Position numbers and translations under genes: made by a program. Positions 1-10,338 of a DNA stretch of 15,371 nucleotides are shown one piece after another; position 1 is the first letter of the stretch, and each line of letters begins with the position of its first letter. The notes below the pieces were generated by a model. That model was given only the letters and a program-made list of their open reading frames with translations, was not told where the DNA came from and made no database searches. The stretch lies in IMG/VR virus record IMGVR_UViG_2579778778_000003; one strand, written 5' to 3'. Source of the DNA: a virus. Taxonomy: Duplodnaviria > Heunggongvirae > Uroviricota > Caudoviricetes.

Positions 1-70
1 GACATAATAAGTCCTCACTATATAAAGATATTCAGTGATGAGATAAATAATCAGTTTATTACGAACGATA

Positions 71-433
71 TTAACGACCTGCTGCGCGGAGTTTTCCGTC
101 AGGTTCACCGGCAAGAGTCAGTAATTGTCCCTGGTCTTCCTGCAGAATAGTCAGGCGACCACCGCGATTGACATACATCGGCGTTTCGGTGGTGTCTTCT
201 TCGGAAATTTTCCCGCGGTTAGTTGGGCGAACATATGAGAGTTTGTGTTTGATTTTCACACGGTTCTCATCAAACGGTTCGATTTCCAGATTGAGTGAGA
301 CCTTCCCTTTGGTTTTCGTGTTCATCACACCGGAAGCGACCTCACTGAGAACTGCGCCGATTTTGGTTTCAAATACGCCGCCGTCCAGCTCCCCGATAAA
401 TGCCTGCACATCAGTACTGCGTTCGCTAGCCAT
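71..433 (-). CDS. hypothetical prophage accessory protein, 120 aa, no family recognised
   Basis: ATG at 433 with GAGGAG Shine-Dalgarno 7 nt upstream (plus-strand ctcctc at 441-446); TAA stop at 71-73. The 175-aa track ORF is a 5' extension into the GC-rich spacer with no RBS. Hydrophilic, no TM segment, no motif recognised by eye. Confidence 0.5.
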   Translation of the reverse strand: MASERSTDVQAFIGELDGGVFETKIGAVLSEVASGVMNTKTKGKVSLNLEIEPFDENRVKIKHKLSYVRPTNRGKISEEDTTETPMYVNRGGRLTILQEDQGQLLTLAGEPDGKLRAAGR

Positions 434-482
434 TTTGCTGCTCCTCATCATATCGACCCTGCAAGGTCGGTTGGTTTCTCCA

Positions 483-569
483 CAAAACAGAGAAGAACAC
501 CTGCGGTGGCAGCCGCCCGGATGGATTGGGTTATGAGCCCGTCGTCCGGTGATGCTCTTCTCTGTTTTG
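483..569. repeat. long-range inverted repeat (caaaacagagaaga / tcttctctgttttg) enclosing a ~50-nt GC-rich loop
   Basis: Arm 483-500 is the reverse complement of arm 551-569 over 14 consecutive bases; it lies in a ~400-bp GC-rich non-coding stretch between divergent genes. Confidence 0.6.
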
Positions 570-840
570 CAAAAAAGGACGGTACCAGCCGGAAGCAAGG
601 GTACAAACTGGTACCGCCAGGACTACACACAGCATAAAGTTGTGGTGCCGGGTGCCTCCCGGTGCCTGGCGAAGGTTGCACACCAGGCGGGTGGGTGTCC
701 ACAGAAGGTCGACTGTCAGCCTCAACCTTAACCCGCGTGCGCTGAGCCGCATTCACCACAACGCTAAGGATTCTCTCTGGTTGAAAATACTTAGCTGTTA
801 TGTGCCTGCTTTTAGCCACATCAGGCGAGGTGGACCTGGT

Positions 841-889
841 TATTCCCCAACAACAAGGATTCGGTTAATCTGGATATCCCCAACAACAA
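841..889. repeat. two direct copies of TCCCCAACAACAA 33 bp apart, just upstream of the 928 ORF; candidate operator or regulatory repeats
   Basis: Exact 13-bp direct repeat at 844-856 and 877-889, each preceded by tat/ata. Confidence 0.55.
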
Positions 890-927
890 TAAGAGTATTC
901 AATGTGATCGCTGAATTAACGGCAGCA

Positions 928-1419
928 ATGACGGCTATTCGTGAAACAGCCCAGATTGCAAAACTAATGAACGAGGCAAAAACTCAAGCTGAAGTAAATG
1001 CGGCTATTGGTGAGCTGAACTCAAAGCTTGCGTCTATTCAGCGCGAATGCGTGTCTCTCGTTGAACTGGTGGGCTCTTATCAAGAAATAAATGCTTCTCT
1101 CAAAGCTAAAATTGCAGAATTCGAAAACTTTGAGGCTCAGACGGAAGGCTATATCCTTAACCAACTTGAGTCGGGTACTTTTGTATACTCGAAGGAGGTA
1201 ATCGTGAACGGTGGCAGCATAACCATGCATCTTTGCCCAAAATGTTTTGGACAAAAGATAGTATCGATACTTCAACCATTCCCGGTTAGCGAAGATGAGC
1301 TTTTTCATAAAAGCAGGTGCCTCCACTGTGAAAATAAGTTTCTGATGAATAAAAATCCGGATTACGTATCGCCTCCATCCATTGAGGAGTTGTCCAGAAA
1401 ACTTAACGGCAATCTGTAG
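928..1419 (+). CDS. hypothetical protein, ~163 aa: N-terminal predicted coiled coil plus C-terminal CxxC...CxxC zinc-ribbon-like domain
   Basis: ATG at 928 (alternative in-frame GTG at 904 with AAGAG 9 nt upstream); TAG stop at 1417-1419. N-terminal half is heptad-like and Ala/Glu/Lys/Gln-rich; C-terminal half has CPKC, 24 residues, CLHC. The upstream part of track ORF 640-1419 starts at TTG and is low-complexity, so is excluded. Confidence 0.5.
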   Translation: MTAIRETAQIAKLMNEAKTQAEVNAAIGELNSKLASIQRECVSLVELVGSYQEINASLKAKIAEFENFEAQTEGYILNQLESGTFVYSKEVIVNGGSITMHLCPKCFGQKIVSILQPFPVSEDELFHKSRCLHCENKFLMNKNPDYVSPPSIEELSRKLNGNL

Positions 1420-1544
1420 ATTACTACTGTTGTGGATACCGTGGCATTTGAAGAGAAGTATGGCTCCCAGCTGGAGCTGATATTTCGTTTTATCGATCGC
1501 GCACTGGCGATTGGTGTGCTGGCCTGATTTTGTGGAGAAAGTTA

Positions 1545-1928
1545 ATGCGTGATATTCAGATGGTTCTTGAACGTTGGGGAGCGTGGGCGGCTAATAATCA
1601 TGAAGATGTGACCTGGTCGTCCATTGCCGCCGGTTTTAAGGGATTAATTCCTTCAAAAGTAAAATCTCGCCCGCAATGTTGTGACGATGACGCGATGATC
1701 ATTTGCGGGTGCATGGCCCGTCTGAAAAAGAACAACAGCGATTTGCACGATTTATTAGTAGATTATTATGTAGTCGGTATGACATTCATGTCACTGGCAG
1801 GTAAGCATTGCTGCTCTGATGGTTATATCGGGAAAAGGTTACAGAAGGCTGAGGGCATAATTGAAGGGATGTTAATGGCATTAGATATCCGGTTAGAGAT
1901 GGATATCGTTGTTAATAACTCTAATTAA
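1545..1928 (+). CDS. quuD: late-gene antiterminator Q (QuuD / phage-82-type Q family)
   Basis: 127-codon ORF from ATG 1545 with GGAG 7 nt upstream; Cys-rich segment ([12 protein letters not shown]); sits where Q is found in DLP12-type prophages, upstream of nmpC and the lysis cassette. Identity recognised from memory of DLP12 QuuD, not verified by search. Confidence 0.75.
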   Translation: MRDIQMVLERWGAWAANNHEDVTWSSIAAGFKGLIPSKVKSRPQCCDDDAMIICGCMARLKKNNSDLHDLLVDYYVVGMTFMSLAGKHCCSDGYIGKRLQKAEGIIEGMLMALDIRLEMDIVVNNSN

Positions 1929-1950
1929 TATGCCAATTGTTTACTGAAAG

Positions 1951-1979
1951 TTATTAAAAATGGGGCGTTGCAACGCCCC
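1951..1979 (-). terminator. intrinsic terminator for nmpC / IpeX
   Basis: Perfect palindrome GGGGCGTTG-CAACGCCCC (1962-1979) followed on the minus strand by ATTTTTAATAA. Confidence 0.6.
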
Positions 1980-2117
1980 CAAAAATAAAGGGTAATATAT
2001 AACAGAAGGTTTATATAGTTAGAAGCAAGGTTGTGCTCCTAAAGGAAGTGGCTTGAGGGAGCCACTTATATGTTGGGGAGGCAACGCCTCCCGCAACATA
2101 TCTTTTTCGTAATCAGA
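1951..2117 (-). ncRNA. ipeX: nmpC 3' UTR with three hairpins; candidate IpeX-like sRNA
   Basis: On the minus strand, directly after the nmpC stop: hairpins at 2076-2092 (GGGAGGC/GCCTCCC), 2046-2067 (AAGTGGCT/AGCCACTT) and a perfect 18-bp palindrome at 1962-1979 followed by a U-run. The ~167-nt span matches the reported size and position of IpeX downstream of nmpC in DLP12. Confidence 0.45.
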
Positions 2118-3215
2118 TTAGAACTGGTAAACCAGACCTACAGCAACGATGTCATCAGTGCTTACACCGAGTGCTTTAGTGAAGTCATTTTTGTCAAGCA
2201 GGTTGATTTTGTAATCAACGAAAGTAGACATATTTTTGTTGAAGTAATAGGTTGCACCTACATCAACATATTTGACTAAGTCCTGATCGCCCCATACTCC
2301 AAGATCCTTACCTTTAGATTGCAGGTAAGCAACGGACGGACGCAGACCGAAATCGAACTGATATTGTGCAACAGCTTCGAAGTTTTGAGCTTTATTAGCA
2401 ACGAAGTGATCAGCAAATACAGTCATATTCTGGGTTTCAGAATAGGTAGTGGCCAGGTAAATGTTGTTAGCGTCATATTTCAGACCTGCGGCCCAAACTT
2501 CTGCATTTTTACCGGAAGCAAATACTTCAGGAAGAACTTTCCCTGCATTAACTTGAGTGTCGGTACGATCAGATTTCGCATAAGTTGCACCGATACCGAA
2601 TCCTTCGTATTCATAGGTAGCAGAGAAACCGAAGCCATCACCGTTACCTTCGGTGTAGTTATCGAAATCGCTACGATCGTTTTTGCCTTGGTACTGAGCA
2701 GCAAAGTTCAGACCATCAACCAGACCAAAGAAGTCGTTGTTACGATAGGTTGCAACACCAGTGGTGCGACCAGTCATGAACACATCTGTTTGGGTCCAGG
2801 TATCGCCACCGAATTCTGGCAGAACGTCAGTCCACGCACCGATGTCGTATGCTACACCGTAGTTACGGCCGTAATCGATTGAGCCGTAGTCACCGAATTT
2901 CAGGCCTGCAAATGCAAGACGGGTTTTGTCTTTGGAGGAACCTTGAGATTCAGCGCGGTTGCCTTTGAATTCATATTCCCACTGACCGAAACCAGTCAGC
3001 TGATCGTTGATTTGGGTTTCGCCTTTGAAGCCCAGACGAACATAAGTAGTATCACCATCATCTGCATCGTTAGAGGAAAAGTAGTGCTTGGCATTAACTT
3101 TCCCGTACAGATCCAGCTTGTTACTGTCTTTATTATAAATTTCAGCTGCCTGAGCAGACATCGCCATCAGTACTGATGCAGCTACAGCAGAAATTGCCAC
3201 TGTTAATTTTTTCAT
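2118..3215 (-). CDS. nmpC: outer-membrane general porin NmpC (OmpC/OmpF/PhoE family), full length with signal peptide
   Basis: 365-aa ORF; signal peptide [23 protein letters not shown] then AEIYNKD; C-terminal VYQF; AGGG Shine-Dalgarno upstream of ATG at 3215; matches NmpC as remembered. Confidence 0.93.
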   Translation of the reverse strand: MKKLTVAISAVAASVLMAMSAQAAEIYNKDSNKLDLYGKVNAKHYFSSNDADDGDTTYVRLGFKGETQINDQLTGFGQWEYEFKGNRAESQGSSKDKTRLAFAGLKFGDYGSIDYGRNYGVAYDIGAWTDVLPEFGGDTWTQTDVFMTGRTTGVATYRNNDFFGLVDGLNFAAQYQGKNDRSDFDNYTEGNGDGFGFSATYEYEGFGIGATYAKSDRTDTQVNAGKVLPEVFASGKNAEVWAAGLKYDANNIYLATTYSETQNMTVFADHFVANKAQNFEAVAQYQFDFGLRPSVAYLQSKGKDLGVWGDQDLVKYVDVGATYYFNKNMSTFVDYKINLLDKNDFTKALGVSTDDIVAVGLVYQF

Positions 3216-3544
3216 CGTGAGCCCTTTTTTTTGAACTATTATTAAAAAATGATGTCACTGCGCGATAAATATTCATCTAATCAATGTGATTATTTCAAGA
3301 TGTAAGTTTTAGTTTCTCATTTAATTTGTGAAGTAGATCTCTATTTTTATCTGAACTTTTTCTATCGAAACCTATTTATGGCTCTTATTTGAACAAAAAT
3401 AAATCTATTAGCTAATTTATATTAATGGCTGTTATTTATGGTGGTTCTATAATTCGTCTGTTTAATTTAAACCGGCTAAAAATAACACTGGAAATTATTT
3501 ATTGGTTATTTGTTGAGGTTTTCTTATGTATTTGTGGTGATGTT

Positions 3545-3573
3545 TTGAACACTCGGTAGCATTCTCATAAATA
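3545..3573 (+). promoter_or_regulatory. candidate sigma70 promoter (TTGAAC, 17-bp spacer, TAAATA), possible pR'-equivalent late promoter for the lysis cassette
   Basis: -35 TTGAAC at 3545-3550, 17-nt spacer, -10 TAAATA at 3568-3573; about 230 bp upstream of the holin start, with a terminator-like structure between. Confidence 0.35.
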
Positions 3574-3692
3574 TCATTCAGTGGTTTACGTACGTAAAAA
3601 ATTGGTTATGCTGTTAAGAGTGGTTACTTCGTCACACAGCTTAAACCCGCCGTCGAGCTGGTTTTTCCATTTTTTGAGTCTCGATATTAGCT

Positions 3693-3750
3693 GATAACTC
3701 AATACCTGAGTTATTCACTGACTCGGAGTCAGTTACGTTTCTGCTTTTTT
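3693..3750 (+). terminator. candidate tR'-like terminator or leader structure ahead of the holin
   Basis: Hairpin GATAACTCA...TGAGTTATT (3693-3715), palindrome CTGACTC-gg-GAGTCAG (3718-3732), then T-run at 3745-3750. The stem-to-T-run spacing of ~12 nt is longer than canonical. Confidence 0.3.
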
Positions 3751-3803
3751 GCGATACGTTGTATTCCCTCAATTTACACCCGCTTTGTCTGCGAGGTGGG
3801 GTT

Positions 3804-4019
3804 ATGAAATTCATGGATAAGTTAACAACTGGAGTCGCCTATGGCACCTCAGCAGGTAGTGCCGGTTACTGGTTTTTACAGCTGCTCGATAAAGTCACTC
3901 CCTCACAGTGGGCAGCAATAGGTGTGCTGGGTAGCCTGGTATTTGGCCTGCTGACGTACCTGACAAACCTTTATTTCAAGATTAAAGAAGATAAGCGCAA
4001 GGCTGCGAGAGGTGAATAA
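3804..4019 (+). CDS. essD: class II holin (pinholin, phage 21 S family) with dual-start motif
   Basis: ATG at 3804 with GAGGTG SD; second in-frame ATG at 3813 (M-K-F-M, the antiholin/holin dual start); product [25 protein letters not shown]... has two TM segments and a charged C-terminus; stop overlaps the endolysin start (TAATG). Confidence 0.9.
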
Positions 4020-4516
4020 TGCCTCCATCATTACGAAAAGCCGTTGCTGCTGCTATTGGTGGCGGAGCAATTGCTATAGCATCAGTGTTAATCACTGGCC
4101 CAAGTGGTAACGATGGTCTGGAAGGTGTCAGCTACATACCATACAAAGATATTGTTGGTGTATGGACTGTATGTCACGGACACACCGGAAAAGACATCAT
4201 GCTCGGTAAAACGTATACCAAAGCAGAATGCAAAGCACTCTTGAATAAAGACCTTGCCACTGTCGCCAGACAAATTAACCCGTATATCAAAGTCGATATA
4301 CCGGAAACAACGCGCGGCGCTCTTTACTCATTCGTTTACAATGTGGGTGCTGGCAATTTTAGAACATCGACGCTTCTTCGCAAAATAAACCAGGGCGATA
4401 TCAAAGGCGCATGTGATCAGCTGCGTCGCTGGACATACGCTGGCGGTAAGCAATGGAAAGGCCTGATGACTCGTCGTGAGATTGAGCGTGAAGTCTGTTT
4501 GTGGGGGCAACAGTGA
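4019..4516 (+). CDS. rrrD: SAR endolysin (signal-anchor-release lysozyme, T4-lysozyme fold, phage 21 R family)
   Basis: 165 aa; N-terminal Gly/Ala-rich weakly hydrophobic SAR segment ([20 protein letters not shown]); E, D and T catalytic residues in [19 protein letters not shown]; translationally coupled to the holin. Confidence 0.92.
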
Positions 4517-4974
4517 GCAGAGTAACCGCGATTATATCCGCTCTGATTATCTGCATCATCGTCAGCCTGTCATGGGCGGTCAATCATTACCGTGATAACG
4601 CAATCGCCTACAAAGCCCAGCGCGACAAAAATGCCAGAGAACTGAAGCTAGCGAACGCGGCAATTACTGACATGCAGATGCGTCAGCGTGATGTTGCTGC
4701 GCTCGATGCAAAATACACGAAGGAGTTAGCTGATGCGAAAGCTGAAAATGATGCTCTGCGTGATGATGTTGCCGCTGGTCGTCGTCGGTTGCACATCAAA
4801 GCAGTCTGTCAGTCAGTGCGTGAAGCCACCACGGCCTCCGGCGTGGATAATGCAGCCTCCCCCCGACTGGCAGACACCGCTGAACGGGATTATTTCACCC
4901 TCAGAGAGAGGCTGATCACTATGCAAAAACAACTGGAAGGAACCCAGAAGTATATTAATGAGCAGTGCAGATAG
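4513..4974 (+). CDS. rzpD: i-spanin Rz
   Basis: GTG start at 4513 overlapping the endolysin stop; N-terminal TM helix then coiled-coil periplasmic domain; product recognised as lambda Rz ([11 protein letters not shown]...EQCR). Confidence 0.85.
4733..4915 (+). CDS. rzoD: o-spanin Rz1 lipoprotein, embedded in the +1 frame of Rz
   Basis: 60-aa ORF wholly inside Rz; lipoprotein signal with lipobox VVGC; proline-rich mature part; matches lambda Rz1. Confidence 0.85.
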   Translation: MRKLKMMLCVMMLPLVVVGCTSKQSVSQCVKPPRPPAWIMQPPPDWQTPLNGIISPSERG

Positions 4975-5005
4975 AGCTGACCATATCGATGGGCAACTCA
5001 TGCAA

Positions 5006-5299
5006 TTATTTTGAGCAATACACACGCGCTTCCAGCGGAGTATAAATGCCTAAAGTAATAAAACCGAGCAATCCATTTACGAATGTTTGCTGGGTTTCTG
5101 TTTTAACAACATTTTCTGCGCCGCCACAAATTTTGGCTGCATCGACAGTTTTCTTCTGCCCAATTCCAGAAACGAAGAAATGATGGGTGATGGTTTCCTT
5201 TGGTGCTACTGCTGTCTGTTTGTTTTGAACAGTAAACGTCTGTTGAGCACATCCTGTAATAAGCAGGGCCAGCGCAGTAGCGAGTAGCATTTTTTTCAT
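5006..5299 (-). CDS. bor: Bor lipoprotein (serum-resistance family)
   Basis: 97 aa, lipobox LITGC, opposite strand immediately after Rz as in lambda; matches lambda Bor. Confidence 0.9.
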   Translation of the reverse strand: MKKMLLATALALLITGCAQQTFTVQNKQTAVAPKETITHHFFVSGIGQKKTVDAAKICGGAENVVKTETQQTFVNGLLGFITLGIYTPLEARVYCSK

Positions 5300-5589
5300 G
5301 GTGTTATTCCCGATGCTTTTTGAAGTTCGCAGAATCGTATGTGTAGAAAATTAAACAAACCCTAAACAATGAGTTGAAATTTCATATTGTTAATATTTAT
5401 TAATGTATGTCAGGTGCGATGAATCGTCATTGTATTCCCGGATTAACTATGTCCACAGCCCTGACGGGGAACTTCTCTGCGGGAGTGTCCGGGAATAATT
5501 AAAAACGATGCACACAGGGTTTAGCGCGTACACGTATTGCATTATGCCAACGCCCCGGTGCTGACACGGAAGAAACCGGACGTTATGAT

Positions 5590-6000
5590 TTAGCGTGGAA
5601 AGATTTGTGTAGTGTTCTGAATGCTCTCAGTAAATAGTAATGAATTATCAAAGGTATAGTAATATCTTTTATGTTCGTGGATATTTGTAACCCATCGGAA
5701 AACTCCTGCTTTAGCAAGATTTTCCCTGTATTGCTGAAATGTGATTTCTCTTGATTTCAACCTATCAAAGGACGTTTCTATAAGATGCGTATTTCTTGAG
5801 AATTTAACATTTACAACCTTTTTAAGTCCTTTTATTAACACAGTGTTATCGTTTTCTAACACAATGTGAATATTATCTGTGGCTAGATAGTAAATATAAT
5901 GTGAGACATTGTGACGTTTTAGTTCAGAATAAAACAATTCACAGTTTAAATCTTTTCGCACTTGATCGAATATTTCTTTAAAAATGGCAACCTGAGCCAT
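5590..6000 (-). CDS. ybcV: YbcV-like protein (DUF1398 family, lambda p78-like)
   Basis: ORF ending at 5590; start chosen at ATG 6000 (GGAAGG upstream, 136 aa). In-frame upstream alternatives at ATG 6042 and TTG 6123 cannot be excluded. Position between bor and cos matches lambda and DLP12. Confidence 0.65.
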   Translation of the reverse strand: MAQVAIFKEIFDQVRKDLNCELFYSELKRHNVSHYIYYLATDNIHIVLENDNTVLIKGLKKVVNVKFSRNTHLIETSFDRLKSREITFQQYRENLAKAGVFRWVTNIHEHKRYYYTFDNSLLFTESIQNTTQIFPR

Positions 6001-6285
6001 TGGTAAAACCTTCCATGTGATACGAGGGCGCGTAGTTTGCATTATCGTTTTTATCGTTTCAATCTGGTCTGACCTCTTTGTGTTTTGTTGATGATTTATG
6101 TCAAATATTAGGAATGTTTTCAATTAATAGTATTGGTTGTGTAACAAAGTGCGGTCCTGCTGGCATTCTGGAGGGAAATACAACCGACAGATGTATGTAA
6201 GGCCAACGTGCTCAAATCTTCATACAGAAAGATTTGAAGTAATATTTTAACCGCTAGATGAAGAGCAAGCGCATGGAGCGACAAA

Positions 6286-6492
6286 ATGAATAAAGAACAA
6301 TCTGCTGATGATCCCTCCGTGGATCTGATTCGTGTAAAAAATATGCTTAATAGCACCATTTCTATGAGTTACCCTGATGTTGTAATTGCATGTATAGAAC
6401 ATAAGGTGTCTCTGGAAGCATTCAGGGCAATTGAGGCAGCGTTGGTGAAGCACGATAATAATATGAAGGATTATTCCCTGGTGGTTGACTGA
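6286..6492 (+). CDS. ybcW: YbcW-like small protein (lambda p79-like), 68 aa
   Basis: 68-aa ORF with ATG at 6286 and GGAG upstream; conserved position and size relative to lambda p79 and DLP12 ybcW. Confidence 0.65.
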
Positions 6493-6656
6493 TCACCATA
6501 ACTGCTAATCATTCAAACTACTTAACCTGTGACAGAGCCAACACGCAGTCTGTCACTGTCAGGAAAGTGGTAAAACTGCAACTCAATTACTGCAATGCCC
6601 TCGTAATTAAGTGAATTTACAATATCGTCCTGTTCGGAGGGAAGAACGCGGGATGT

Positions 6657-6851
6657 TCATTCTTCATCACTTTTAATTGATGTATATGCTCTCTTTTCTG
6701 ACGTTAGCCTCCGACGGCAGGCTTCAATGACCCAGGCTGAGAAATTCCCGGACCCTTTTTGATCAAGAGCGATGTTAATTTGTTCAATCATTTGGTTAGG
6801 AAAGCGGATGTTGCGGGTTGTTGTTCTGCGGGTTCTGTTCTTCGTTGACAT
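6657..6851 (-). CDS. ylcI: YlcI-like small protein (DUF3950), probable ribbon-helix-helix DNA-binding fold
   Basis: 64 aa; basic N-terminus (RTRRTTTRNIRFP) followed by two predicted helices; convergent with ybcW and adjacent to cos. Confidence 0.6.
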   Translation of the reverse strand: MSTKNRTRRTTTRNIRFPNQMIEQINIALDQKGSGNFSAWVIEACRRRLTSEKRAYTSIKSDEE

Positions 6852-7009
6852 GAGGTTGCCCCGTATTCAGTGTCGCTGATTTGTATTGTCTGAAGTTGTT
6901 TTTACGTTAAGTTGATGCGGATCAATTAATACGATACCTGCGTCATAATTGATTATTTGACGTGGTTTGATGGCGTAGATGCACGTTGTGACATGTAGAT
7001 GATAATTAT

Positions 7010-7230
7010 TATCATTTTGCGGGTCCTTTCCGGCGATCCGACAGGTTACGGGGCGGCGACCTCGCGGGTTTTCGCTATTTATGAAAATTTTCCGGTTTAA
7101 GGCGTTTCCGTTCTTCTTCGTCATAACTTAATGTTTTTATTTAAAATACCCTCTGAAAAGAAAGGAAACGACAGGTGCTGAAAACGGGCTTTTTGGCCAC
7201 TGTCGTTTCCTTTCTCTGTTTTTGTCCGTG
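7010..7230 (+). other. cos: lambda cos site: cosQ, cosN (12-nt cohesive end GGGCGGCGACCT at 7051-7062) and cosB with R3, R2 and R1 terminase-binding elements
   Basis: ...CGGCGATCCGACAGGTTACG|GGGCGGCGACCTCGCGGGTTTTCGCTATTTATGAAAA... matches the lambda right-end/left-end junction; R3 CGTTTCCGTTCTTCTTCG at 7103-7120, R2 inverted at 7153-7174, R1 CGTTTCCTTTCTCTG at 7204-7218, just upstream of Nu1. Confidence 0.9.
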
Positions 7231-7239
7231 GAATGAACA

Positions 7240-7759
7240 ATGGAAGTCAACAAAAAGCAGCTGGCTGAAATTTTCGGCGCGAGTATCCGTACCATTCAGA
7301 ACTGGCAGGAGCAGGGAATGCCCGTTCTGCGAGGCGGTGGGAAGGGTAATGAGGTGCTTTATGACTCTGCCGCCGTCATAAAATGGTATGCCGAAAGGGA
7401 TGCTGAAATTGAGAACGAAAAGCTGCGCCGGGAGGTTGAAGAACTGCGACAGGCCAGCGAGACAGATCTCCAGCCAGGGACTATTGAGTACGAACGCCAT
7501 CGACTTACGCGTGCGCAGGCCGACGCACAGGAGCTGAAAAATGCCAGAGACTCCGCTGAAGTGGTGGAAACCGCATTCTGTACTTTCGTGCTGTCGCGGA
7601 TCGCAGGTGAAATTGCCAGTATTCTCGACGGGATCCCCCTGTCGGTGCAGCGGCGTTTTCCGGAACTGGAAAACCGACATGTTGATTTCCTGAAACGGGA
7701 TATCATCAAAGCCATGAACAAAGCAGCCGCGCTGGATGAACTGATACCGGGGTTGCTGA

Positions 7760-7785
<26 letters not shown>
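7240..7785 (+). CDS. nu1: terminase small subunit Nu1
   Basis: 181 aa, near-identical to lambda Nu1 as remembered (MEVNKKQLA...EYIEQSG); wHTH N-terminus; overlaps the A start by 26 nt as in lambda. Confidence 0.95.
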
Positions 7786-10244
<2,459 letters not shown>

Positions 10245-10338
10245 AAACAGCCTATGACAATGCCGAGAAACGTCTGCAGAAAGATCAGAACGGTGCGGAT
10301 ATCCCTGGCAAAGACACCTTTACGAAAAATATTGGTGC

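Noticed and set aside
168-819. Track ORFs 168-536 (+), 448-819 (-), 531-752 (-), 549-731 (+) and the 5' extension of 71-598 (-)
   Set aside because: They overlap one another in several frames across a GC-rich stretch, have low-complexity Pro/Arg/Gly-rich translations and no ribosome-binding sites; the stop-codon scarcity reflects base composition, not coding.
640-927. N-terminal 96 codons of track ORF 640-1419
   Set aside because: Starts at a TTG, covers the repeat-rich spacer and has a repetitive, non-protein-like translation; a better start exists at 928 (or 904).
1021-1326. 101-aa ORF on the minus strand
   Set aside because: Lies entirely antisense within the 928-1419 ORF; no independent support.
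2070-3176. Plus-strand ORFs 2070-2279, 2319-2882, 2943-3176 and minus ORF 2480-2704
   Set aside because: Antisense or out-of-frame shadows of the well-supported nmpC gene.
4088-4583. Minus-strand ORFs 4088-4273, 4328-4510, 4401-4583
   Set aside because: Antisense to the endolysin and Rz genes; no RBS and no recognisable features.
4813-5287. ORFs 4813-5025 (-) and 5087-5287 (+)
   Set aside because: Antisense to Rz/Rz1 and bor respectively.
6120-6453. Minus-strand ORFs 6120-6359 and 6247-6453
   Set aside because: Overlap the ybcV-ybcW divergent spacer and run antisense to ybcW; Cys/His-rich junk-like translations.
6867-7124. 85-aa minus-strand ORF across the lambda right end and cosQ/cosN
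   Set aside because: The sequence corresponds to the non-coding right end of lambda and spans the cohesive-end site; a real gene here would be split in the packaged phage genome.
7141-7721. Minus-strand ORFs 7141-7680 and 7359-7721, and plus ORF 7175-7381
   Set aside because: Overlap cosB and run antisense or out of frame to Nu1, which is unambiguous.
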